From Candidatus Aminicenantes bacterium (GTDB lineage: Bacteria; Acidobacteriota; Aminicenantia; JAMOAD01), in contig DAONEM010000008.1 of NCBI GenBank assembly GCA_035403085.1, forward strand, positions 3,956-67,955: a stretch of 64,000 nt of DNA. The letters are read 5' to 3'. The notes beneath the pieces were generated by a model. The model saw only the letters and a list, made by a program, of their open reading frames with translations, ran no database searches and had not been told where the DNA came from. This document shows, piece by piece, positions 17,970 to 26,016 of this stretch; the stretch's first letter is position 1, and the number at the start of each line of letters is the position of its first letter. The position numbers and the translations under genes were made by a program.

Positions 17970-19441
17970 GAGAGAATCTGAAAGTTCGTTTCGCGCCGAG
18001 CCCGACCGGCTACCTCCACGTTGGGGGAGCCAGGACGGCCCTGTTCAACTGGCTCTACTGCCGGAAGAACAACGGCGTCTTCCTTCTAAGGATAGAGGAC
18101 ACAGACCTGCAAAGATCGACACCGGAGATGAGCAAGGTGATCCTGGACGCCATGAAGTGGCTTGGTCTGAATTGGGACGAAGGACCCTTTTACCAGACAG
18201 ACAGGATCGACATCTACAGGGACCATGTGGAGAAGCTGATCGAGCAGGGGCGGGCCTACCGGTGTTTCTGCACAGGTGAGGAACTCGACAAGGCCAGGGC
18301 CGCGGCGGAAGCCCGTGGCGAGAAGAGCTGGAAGTACGATCGACGGTGCCTCAACCTCTCCCAGGAGGAGCAGGAGCGCCGCCTGAAGGAGGGACACCCC
18401 TACGCGATCCGGTGTCTGGTGCCGACGGGGAAGGTCACCTATGAGGACCTTGTCCATGGGAAGATGGAGATTCAGAACGAGGCCATAGAGGATTTCGTCC
18501 TCTTCAAATCCGACGGGAGTCCTACCTACCACCTCTCGGTGGTGATCGACGACCACCTCATGGGGATCACGACGATTCTGCGGGGGGACGACCATATCTC
18601 GAATACCCCCAAGCAGATCCTCCTCTACAACGCCTTTGGTTGGACTCCGCCGAACTTCGGCCACCTCCCCCTGATCCTTGGCCCTGACCATCAGAAACTG
18701 AGCAAACGCCACGGGGTCACATCGGTTCTCAACTACAAGAGCCTCGGCTACCTTCCTCTGGCCCTGCTCAACTTCTTCGCCCGGCTCTCCTGGAATCCCG
18801 GAGACGATAAGCCCTTCTACTCCGTCGAGGAGCTTGTCTCCCGCTTCAACCTGAAGAAGATCTCCAAGAACAACCCCGTCTTCGATACCAAGAAGCTTGA
18901 CTTCATCAACTCCAAGATCATCTCCTCCATGGAGGAGGGGGAGCTCCTGGTTTGTCTGAGGGAGCTGGCCGAAGAGGTCGGTGGCGGCGACTGTCTGAAG
19001 AGCCCTGAGGCTCAGGAGAGGATCAAACCGGCCATCGAACTGCTCAAGAGCAGGATGAGGAACCTGAAGGAGTTTCTGGACCTTCTCGATGCCTATGTGA
19101 CCGACCGGCCCTTGGAGTATGACGCCGAGGGGGCCCGTACCCATTTCACTCCTTCCGGGGCGTCGCTGCTGAAGGCCTACCTGGAAGACCTGAAGGGGCT
19201 CGGACCGGAGGAATTCACCGCCACCGAGACCGAGAGGCTGCTGAGGAGTCGGGCCGAGGCCGAAGGAGTCGGGGCGGGGGTCATGATCCATGCCGTTCGT
19301 CTCGCCCTTACCGGGAAGACCGTCTCCCCAGGTCTTTTCGACGTTATCGTCTTCCTCGGCAGGGAGAGGGCTATGGCGAGGATCGAAAGGGCCCTCCTCT
19401 GGATTCATGAGACCACCGGCGCTCTCCCTGGCGGGTGTTGA
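17966..19441 (+). CDS. gltX: glutamate--tRNA ligase
   Basis: It has the class I HIGH motif (PSPTGYLHVGGART) and KMSKS (KLSKR). It overlaps the PilZ gene stop in an ATGA. Confidence 0.95.
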   Translation: MRENLKVRFAPSPTGYLHVGGARTALFNWLYCRKNNGVFLLRIEDTDLQRSTPEMSKVILDAMKWLGLNWDEGPFYQTDRIDIYRDHVEKLIEQGRAYRCFCTGEELDKARAAAEARGEKSWKYDRRCLNLSQEEQERRLKEGHPYAIRCLVPTGKVTYEDLVHGKMEIQNEAIEDFVLFKSDGSPTYHLSVVIDDHLMGITTILRGDDHISNTPKQILLYNAFGWTPPNFGHLPLILGPDHQKLSKRHGVTSVLNYKSLGYLPLALLNFFARLSWNPGDDKPFYSVEELVSRFNLKKISKNNPVFDTKKLDFINSKIISSMEEGELLVCLRELAEEVGGGDCLKSPEAQERIKPAIELLKSRMRNLKEFLDLLDAYVTDRPLEYDAEGARTHFTPSGASLLKAYLEDLKGLGPEEFTATETERLLRSRAEAEGVGAGVMIHAVRLALTGKTVSPGLFDVIVFLGRERAMARIERALLWIHETTGALPGGC

Positions 19442-20186
19442 CCCCTCCGGAGGGGCCGGACTCCTGCTGGATATCAAGATCTTTCAGAGCCGGGGACTCT
19501 ACGGGATGGGGGTCGCCACGGCCCTGACGGGGCAGAACTCCCGGGGGGTCTCCTTCAGCCGCCCCGTAGAGAGGGAGGAGTACCGCCGCGGTTTGGAGCT
19601 GCTCAGGGAGGACTTCTCTCTGGGGGGGGTGAAGATCGGTATGCTTCCCGACGCCGGGATCGTCGAAGAGACGGCTCGCTTTCTGGAATCCCTTCCCAGG
19701 TCGGTCTTCGTCGTCGTCGATCCGGTGATTCGTTCGGGAACCGGGTTCCCTCTCATGGAGGAGGGCGCCCTGCACCTCTTTCAAGAGAGGATTCTCCCCA
19801 GGGCGGACCTTCTCACGCCGAACCTTCCGGAGACGGAGATCCTTTCGGGTCTCTCCATCGGGGGGGAGCGGGAGCTCCTGAAGGGTGGACACGCTCTGGT
19901 CCGAAAAACGGGAGGGGCGGTTCTGGTGAAAGGGGGCCACGGTTGGGGAACGGATTATCTCTTCCAGGGGGACCGGGTGTGGCTCTTCCCGGGAAGGCTT
20001 CTCAAGAAGGATGCCCATGGGACAGGGTGTTACCTCTCCTCCCTCCTTCTTGCCCTCAGGCTGACGAGCCGGCGTTCCCTCCCCCTCCTTGTCGGGGAGG
20101 CCAAAGCCTGCCTGCGGGAGAGGATTCAGAAGAGCTTACCCTTGGGAAAGGGTGACAAACGGTACTTGGAGGTCAAGAATGGTTGA
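19407..20186 (+). CDS. thiD: hydroxymethylpyrimidine/phosphomethylpyrimidine kinase
   Basis: It has the N-terminal AGVDPSGGAGLLLDIK motif and the C-terminal HGTGC motif. Start is at ATG 19407, a 35-nt overlap with gltX. Confidence 0.85.
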   Translation: MRPPALSLAGVDPSGGAGLLLDIKIFQSRGLYGMGVATALTGQNSRGVSFSRPVEREEYRRGLELLREDFSLGGVKIGMLPDAGIVEETARFLESLPRSVFVVVDPVIRSGTGFPLMEEGALHLFQERILPRADLLTPNLPETEILSGLSIGGERELLKGGHALVRKTGGAVLVKGGHGWGTDYLFQGDRVWLFPGRLLKKDAHGTGCYLSSLLLALRLTSRRSLPLLVGEAKACLRERIQKSLPLGKGDKRYLEVKNG

Positions 20187-22503
20187 GATAGAGACGCAGC
20201 AACTTCAGGCCAAGGTTCCAGAGGAGTACCTCCCCTTCGAGGACACCTCGGAGCTCAAGCCTCTGGAGGGGATCATCGGGCAGGAGTCGGCTCTCAAGGC
20301 CCTGGAGTTCGGCCTTAGGATCAAGAGCAAAGGGTTCAACGTCTTCGTGGTGGGGAACCCCGGAACCGGGAGGACCTCGGCGGTCCAGAGTTACCTGAAG
20401 CGGTTGGCCCTCAAGGAAGAGAGGCCGGGGGACATCTCCTTCGTCCACAATTTCGACGATTCCTACAACCCTGGGGCCCTGAAGCTTCCGGCCGGCATGG
20501 GCAGAGAGTTCAACCGGAGAATGGAGAAGGTCTTGGAGCTGATGGAGCGGACCCTTCCCGGGGTTCTGGAGAAGGACCCCTATGCCTCCAAGGCCAGCGC
20601 CCTGGAGCAGGAGGCTAGAAGCCGGAAGGACGAGCTCCTCCTGGAGGTCAACCGGAAGGTTCAAAAGCTGGGTTTCTTGCTTCAGACCACGGAGCAAGGT
20701 TTTCTCCCCGTTCCCCTGAAGAGGGGGCAGAAGATGAAGGAGGAGGAGTACCAGAAGCTCCCGGAAGAGAAGAAGAAGGAGCTCATGGAGAAGAAGGCCC
20801 TGGTCGACGGGATTCTCGGGGAGACCTTCAAGATCTTGAACAAGGAGGACCTTCTCTTCGAAGAGGAGAGCCAAAGGCTCACTCAGGACACCCTCAAGGC
20901 GTTCCTGGAGGAAGTTTTTTCCGACCTCCGCTCTTTCTGCCAGGGGACGCCGGCTTTGGCCAAGCACCTTGAGCGCTTCGAGGAGGCCTTCCTGGAGAAC
21001 CACACCCTCTTCACCGGGCAAGAGGAGAAGGAGGGAGACGCCGACCACCGGCAGGAGCTCATCAACAACGCCTTTCTGAACGTCGTCGTGGACAACACCG
21101 AGGCCGTGGGTGCTCCGGTGATCAACGAGGACCACCCGACCTACACCAACCTGATCGGAAAGATCGAGAGGGAGGCGGAGATGGGGACGTTGATCACGGA
21201 TTTCTCCCTCATCAAGGCCGGCTCTCTCCTGAGGGCCGACGGCGGCTACCTCATCATCAACGCCGAGGAGATGCTGGTCAACTCTTACTCTTGGCAAGCC
21301 CTCAAGAGGGCCGTTCAATCGGGTTTCGTCCAGATAGAAGACCTGGAGAGCCACCTCGGGATGGCTACGGCCAAGGGGGTCAAACCCTCCTCCGTCCCCT
21401 TCCGCGTCAAGATCATCCTCGTGGGGACCCCGGCCACCTATGGGGCTCTCTTGGAGGTTGACAACGACTTCATGGAGCTCTTTAAGGTGAAGGCCGAGTT
21501 CGACACGGAGATGGAGCTGAACAGGAAAAACGTCTTGGAGTTCGCCCATTTCGTCTCCCTGATCGTCTCTAAAGAGGATCTCAAGCCCTTCACCAAGGGG
21601 GCCACAGCCGCCCTTGTCCGTTACTGCTCCCGCATCGCCGGGGATCAGAGCAAGGTGACCACCAACTTCGGCCTGGTCTCTGAGATCGTCAAAGAGGCTT
21701 GTTTCCATGCCTCCGGGACGAAGGTGACCGAGACGGATCTCCTGGTGACCCTCAAGCATAGACGGTCCAGGAACGACCTTACCGAGAACAAGGTCTTCGA
21801 AGCCATGGAGAAGAAGAAGTATCTGATCTCGACCCGGGGGAAGGAGAAGGGGGCCGTGAACGGCCTGACCGTCCTCTCCTTGGGGGACACGGAGTTCGGC
21901 CGTCCGGTGCGGATCACGGCGACCGTGGGGCTCGGGAAGGAGGGAATCCTGGACATAGAGAGGGAGGCGGACCTTTCGGGGCCTCTTCACACCAAGGGGA
22001 TTCTCATCCTCTCCGGCTTCTTCACCGAACGTTTCGCTCAGGAGACCCCTCTCTCCCTCAACGCCAAGGTCGTCTTCGAGCAAACCTACTCCGAGGTCGA
22101 CGGAGATTCGGCCTCCGCAGCGGAACTTCTCGCGATCCTCTCTTCTCTTACAGGATTCTCCCTCCGGCAGGACCTGGCCATTACCGGTTCCATCAACCAG
22201 AAGGGGGGAATCCAGGCGATCGGGGGGATCAACTCCAAGATTGAAGGGTTCTTCCGTCTCTGCAAGGCCCACGGCCTGACAGGGCGTCAAGGGGTCATCC
22301 TCCCCCTCTCCAACCTCTCGGAGCTCAACCTTCAGGAAGAGGTCATCCAGGCGGTGGAACGGAAGAGGTTTCACCTTTATGGGGTCGAGAAGATCGGCGA
22401 GGCTGCGGAGCTTCTCTTCGGCAGAACCTACGAGGAGATCGAGGCCAGGGTTCACAACCGGCTGAAAGAGCTCCACCGAAAACTGGACATCGAAGACCGA
22501 TAG
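20179..22503 (+). CDS. Lon-like protease with degenerate AAA+ module and long helical insertion (LonC/COG1067-like)
   Basis: The C-terminal S16 protease domain carries GDSASAAE (Ser) and INSKIEGF (Lys). The P-loop reads GNPGTGRTS, with Arg where Walker A Lys is expected. The Walker B position reads YLIINAEE. About 300 charged helical residues lie between the two. Confidence 0.85.
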   Translation: MVEIETQQLQAKVPEEYLPFEDTSELKPLEGIIGQESALKALEFGLRIKSKGFNVFVVGNPGTGRTSAVQSYLKRLALKEERPGDISFVHNFDDSYNPGALKLPAGMGREFNRRMEKVLELMERTLPGVLEKDPYASKASALEQEARSRKDELLLEVNRKVQKLGFLLQTTEQGFLPVPLKRGQKMKEEEYQKLPEEKKKELMEKKALVDGILGETFKILNKEDLLFEEESQRLTQDTLKAFLEEVFSDLRSFCQGTPALAKHLERFEEAFLENHTLFTGQEEKEGDADHRQELINNAFLNVVVDNTEAVGAPVINEDHPTYTNLIGKIEREAEMGTLITDFSLIKAGSLLRADGGYLIINAEEMLVNSYSWQALKRAVQSGFVQIEDLESHLGMATAKGVKPSSVPFRVKIILVGTPATYGALLEVDNDFMELFKVKAEFDTEMELNRKNVLEFAHFVSLIVSKEDLKPFTKGATAALVRYCSRIAGDQSKVTTNFGLVSEIVKEACFHASGTKVTETDLLVTLKHRRSRNDLTENKVFEAMEKKKYLISTRGKEKGAVNGLTVLSLGDTEFGRPVRITATVGLGKEGILDIEREADLSGPLHTKGILILSGFFTERFAQETPLSLNAKVVFEQTYSEVDGDSASAAELLAILSSLTGFSLRQDLAITGSINQKGGIQAIGGINSKIEGFFRLCKAHGLTGRQGVILPLSNLSELNLQEEVIQAVERKRFHLYGVEKIGEAAELLFGRTYEEIEARVHNRLKELHRKLDIEDR

Positions 22504-22565
22504 GAATCCTTTTCCCCCAGGGGGGAGGAATCTTCCTCTCCCCTTAACCCCCTCTTTTCATAAAA

Positions 22566-22590
22566 AGGCCTGGAAGAGGCCTCTCTGTTT
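22566..22590 (+). terminator. weak intrinsic terminator after the Lon-like gene
   Basis: A 6-bp stem AGGCCT/AGGCCT with a GGAAG loop (22566-22582) is followed by CTCTGTTTT. Confidence 0.35.
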
Positions 22591-22606
22591 TGGCACGCTC
22601 CTTGAA
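22591..22606 (+). promoter_or_regulatory. sigma54-type -24/-12 promoter upstream of flgD (TGGCACG-N4-TTGA)
   Basis: TGGCAC is at 22591-22596 and TTGA at 22602-22605. It matches the TGGCACG-N4-TTGC consensus except for the last C. Geometry leaves a leader of about 16 nt carrying AGGAGG before ATG 22633. Confidence 0.5.
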
Positions 22607-22632
22607 CTAGCTTTTATCACGTAGGAGGCGCC

Positions 22633-23340
22633 ATGATAGACGGAACAAACACTTATGATGTATACGCTTCGAAGACGTCGGGTTCCGGGTCCACTTCCAA
22701 TACGAAGGCCACCTCTTCTTCTTCGAGCAAGGAGTCCAACGGCTTTGCCTCCTTGGACGCCGAGGACTTCTTCAGCCTCTTGATCCAGAAGATGCAGAAC
22801 CAGGATCCCTTGGAACCTATGGATGACTCCGAGTTCATCTCCCAAATCACCCAGTTCACCACTCTCGAGCAGATGAGGGGCATCACCAGCGCCGTCGAGC
22901 TAATGGCCGCCGCTCAGGCCTCTTCCACGAACGCCCAGGCCGTCGACATGATCGGTAAATCCGTCGTCACCGAAGGGAACGTGATCAGTCTGACCGGTGA
23001 GGGGGGAACCAAGTTGAAGTACTCCCTTGGGGATAATACCACCGAGACGACCCTGACGATCTACGATCAGGACGGTGATGTGGTGATGACGAAGAAACTG
23101 GGAAGCCTTGGCTCGGGGGACCACTCCTACCAGTGGGATGGGAAAGATTCCAAGGGGAACGCCGTCGACACAGGGATCTACCGCTACGAGATCACCGCGA
23201 AGAAGGCGGATGCGGCGGTCGATGTCACAACCTACTCCATCTTTTCCATCGATGGGGTTGATTTCTCGGGCAGCTCGGTTCTTCTCAAGTCAGGGGAGAT
23301 CGAGATTCCCGTGAGCGAAGTCCAAGAGATATTCCAGTAA
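22633..23340 (+). CDS. flgD: flagellar hook assembly/capping protein FlgD
   Basis: It has the conserved FlgD N-terminal motif FFSLLIQKMQNQDPLEPMDDSEFISQITQFTTLEQ and a C-terminal FlgD Ig-like region. Confidence 0.9.
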   Translation: MIDGTNTYDVYASKTSGSGSTSNTKATSSSSSKESNGFASLDAEDFFSLLIQKMQNQDPLEPMDDSEFISQITQFTTLEQMRGITSAVELMAAAQASSTNAQAVDMIGKSVVTEGNVISLTGEGGTKLKYSLGDNTTETTLTIYDQDGDVVMTKKLGSLGSGDHSYQWDGKDSKGNAVDTGIYRYEITAKKADAAVDVTTYSIFSIDGVDFSGSSVLLKSGEIEIPVSEVQEIFQ

Positions 23341-23357
23341 CCTAGAGGAGGCCGACA

Positions 23358-24629
23358 ATGCTTACATCTTTCTACTCCGCTCTTTCCGGCTTAAGCGCCT
23401 ACGCTTCGGCTCTGAACGTTGTTGGTAACAACATCGCCAACATCAACACTTCGGGTTTCAAGGGTTCCTCCATCAACTTCTACGATCTTGTGACAAGGAC
23501 CTTCAACGGGGTTTCCGCCAGCGGATCGGGTAACCCTATGCAGATCGGCCTCGGTTCCTATCCGGCATCGGTCTCGGGAATCTTCAACCAGGGTAGCATT
23601 CAGGTCTCCCAGGAAGGGACGAACGTCGCCATCGAAGGCAACGGCTTCTTCATCGTCGGTAACAGCGACACAGAAAGGGTCTATACGAGGAACGGGGCCT
23701 TCTCCTTCAACCAAGAGGGATACCTGGTCGACCCGAGCGGCTACAGGGTGTACGGGTACACCCAGAAAGACCCGGCCACAGGAGCGATCATCCCCAGCGG
23801 TCAACTCCAGCCGATCTACATGGCCGCCAACTCCATCAGCGACCCGGCGGCGACGTCCTTCATGCAGGTCTACATGAACCTTGACAACACCACCGACGTG
23901 GGAGACACCTACAGCGCCTCCTCGGTGATCTACGACAGCAAGGGAGCCCAGCACACTCTGGATATCACCTACACCCACACCGGGGGAACGCCGGACAGCT
24001 GGAGCTATGAAGTGACCATCCCCGGGGAGGAGGTCGTGGGAGGAACCGCGGGAACCCCCTACTCCCTGGCGACGGGAACCATGACCTTCAACGACGATGG
24101 GACCCTTGCCACTCCTGCCGCTGACGTTGCGCTCAACATCCCCGCCTTCACGAACGGGGGAGGAGCCATGACCGTCAACTGGGATCTTTGGAGTGATGGA
24201 GGCGCCGCCACGGTGACCAGCTATCCCCTCGCCTCAGCCGTCTCCTACACGAACCAGAACGGGTACCCTCCGGGGAACCTCTCCTCGATCATCATCGACC
24301 AGCAAGGGATCATCCAAGGGGTCTTCTCCAACGGTCAAGTCGAAGATATCGCCCAGATCGCTCTGGCCAACTTCAACAACCCCAAGGGTCTCTTACGGAC
24401 CGGCCTCAACCACTTCTCCGAGACCCTCGCCTCCGGCGTTCCCGCCTACGGCTCCGCCAATACCGGGGGAAGAGGTTCCATCAACGGAGGCTCCCTGGAG
24501 GCTTCCAACGTCGATATGGCGACGGAGTTCGTGAACATGTTGCTCTTCGAAAGGGGCTACCAGGCAAACTCGCGAACAATCCGAACCTCCGACGAGATCA
24601 TTCAGGAGGCTCTGAGTATCAAGCGGTAA
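23358..24629 (+). CDS. flgE: flagellar hook protein FlgE
   Basis: It has the flagellar basal-body rod N-terminus (SALSGLSAYASALNVVGNNIANINTSGFK) and C-terminus (LEASNVDMATEFVNMLLFERGYQANSR). Confidence 0.9.
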   Translation: MLTSFYSALSGLSAYASALNVVGNNIANINTSGFKGSSINFYDLVTRTFNGVSASGSGNPMQIGLGSYPASVSGIFNQGSIQVSQEGTNVAIEGNGFFIVGNSDTERVYTRNGAFSFNQEGYLVDPSGYRVYGYTQKDPATGAIIPSGQLQPIYMAANSISDPAATSFMQVYMNLDNTTDVGDTYSASSVIYDSKGAQHTLDITYTHTGGTPDSWSYEVTIPGEEVVGGTAGTPYSLATGTMTFNDDGTLATPAADVALNIPAFTNGGGAMTVNWDLWSDGGAATVTSYPLASAVSYTNQNGYPPGNLSSIIIDQQGIIQGVFSNGQVEDIAQIALANFNNPKGLLRTGLNHFSETLASGVPAYGSANTGGRGSINGGSLEASNVDMATEFVNMLLFERGYQANSRTIRTSDEIIQEALSIKR

Positions 24630-24648
24630 GTGCCGAGAAGGTAGGAGA

Positions 24649-24684
24649 GATGAGAGGGGCCCTTATCTCAGGGCCTCTCTCATC
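24649..24684. terminator. bidirectional hairpin between convergent flgE and the aminotransferase gene
   Basis: A 14-bp stem GATGAGAGGGGCCC / GGGCCTCTCTCATC (one G-U pair) has an 8-nt loop. It spans the aminotransferase stop codon. Confidence 0.45.
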
Positions 24685-25829
24685 CTGGCGATTCCCTCTC
24701 TGAGGTTCTTTTCCGAGGCGGCGTAGGAGATTCGCAGAAAACCCGGGGTGCCGAAGGCCTCTCCGGGGACCAGGGAGACGAACCTTGTCTCCAGCAGGGC
24801 CTTGGCAAACTCTTCGGTAGAAGAGTACTTGCCCTTCAAGGCTTTTTCCACACAGGGGTAGAGGTAGAAGGCGCCGTGGGGTTTCGTCGTCTCCACTCCG
24901 GGGATCTCGTCGAGAAGTTGTAGGCAGATGTCTCTGCGCCGCTGGTACTCCCGCACCATGTCGTTGACCTCTTCCTTCTCCTCCTTCAAGGCCGTCACCG
25001 CGGCATACTGGGCCATGGAAGGGGGGTTTGAGGTGGAGTGTCCCTGGAGACGGTTCATGTACTTCACAATCTCCGCGGGGGCGAAGGTGAACCCGACCCG
25101 CCATCCTGTCATGGAGTAGGACTTGGAGAAAGACCCGGAGACGATCAGGCGGCTCTTGGCCTCGGGGAAGAGCTTGAGGGGGGACGGGAAGGTGTGGCCG
25201 TCGTAGAGCATCCTTCGGTAGCACTCGTCGAGAAGGATATAGAAGTTGTACTTCAGGGAGGCCTCAAGGAGTTTGACCAGCTCCTTCTCCTGCATGATGA
25301 CGCCGGTGGGGTTGGAGGGAACGTTCAGGATGAAGAGCTTCACCCCTTTCTTGATCTCCTCCTCGAAGAGGTCGTAACGAAGATCGAAGCTTCCCTTGTC
25401 CCAGTAGGGGACGAAGACGGGCTCTCCTCCAGCAAAGCGGATAATCTCCGGGTAGGAGACCCAGTAGGGGGTGGGGATAATGACCCTCTCTCCAGGTTCA
25501 ACCAGTGTCAGAGCGGCCAGGAAGATCGAGTACTTGCTTCCGGGGTGGACGATGATCTCCTTAGGGTCGAAGCGGTACCCTTGCTCTCTCTCGTAGGCGT
25601 CGATCAGGGCGTTTTTCAGCTCCGGGATTCCGGCGACCGGGGTGTACTTCGTCTTGTTCTCGTCGATCGCCCTCTTCCCGGCCTCTTTGATGTAGAGAGG
25701 GGTGGGGAAGTCGGGCTCACCGACGCTCAGGGAGATAACGTCGTTGCCCCGATCCTTCAGCTCTTTCGCCTTTTCGCTCAGGGATAACGTAACGGAGGGG
25801 TTCAGTAACTTCACACGTTGGGCTATCAT
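24663..25829 (-). CDS. aspartate/aromatic aminotransferase (class I PLP-dependent)
   Basis: It has the PLP-Lys motif SFSKSYSMTGWRVG and N-terminal LSVGEPDFPTP, at 388 aa. Confidence 0.88.
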   Translation of the reverse strand: MIAQRVKLLNPSVTLSLSEKAKELKDRGNDVISLSVGEPDFPTPLYIKEAGKRAIDENKTKYTPVAGIPELKNALIDAYEREQGYRFDPKEIIVHPGSKYSIFLAALTLVEPGERVIIPTPYWVSYPEIIRFAGGEPVFVPYWDKGSFDLRYDLFEEEIKKGVKLFILNVPSNPTGVIMQEKELVKLLEASLKYNFYILLDECYRRMLYDGHTFPSPLKLFPEAKSRLIVSGSFSKSYSMTGWRVGFTFAPAEIVKYMNRLQGHSTSNPPSMAQYAAVTALKEEKEEVNDMVREYQRRRDICLQLLDEIPGVETTKPHGAFYLYPCVEKALKGKYSSTEEFAKALLETRFVSLVPGEAFGTPGFLRISYAASEKNLREGIARMREALR

Positions 25830-25834
25830 GAATC

Positions 25835-25863
25835 ATTATAGCCAGGAGAAAAAGGGAAATCAA
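25835..25863 (-). promoter_or_regulatory. sigma70-type promoter of the aminotransferase gene (TTGATT-17-TATAAT), -10 ends 5 nt before the ATG
   Basis: On the minus strand the reading is TTGATT (25863-25858), 17 nt, TATAAT (25840-25835), GATTC, then ATG (25829). There is no Shine-Dalgarno sequence. Confidence 0.55.
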
Positions 25864-26016
25864 GGGGCGGAGACCCCCCTCTCCCGGAGACGATCTTCCC
25901 GTGTGGAGGGACCGGCTGGAGAGGGGTGACTCAAAAATGGCTGAGGAAGAAGGTTTCCCTTGACCCAGCCCCTGTTCTTGGTACCATAACGGATAAACAA
26001 CCGTTCAGGAGGGGAG

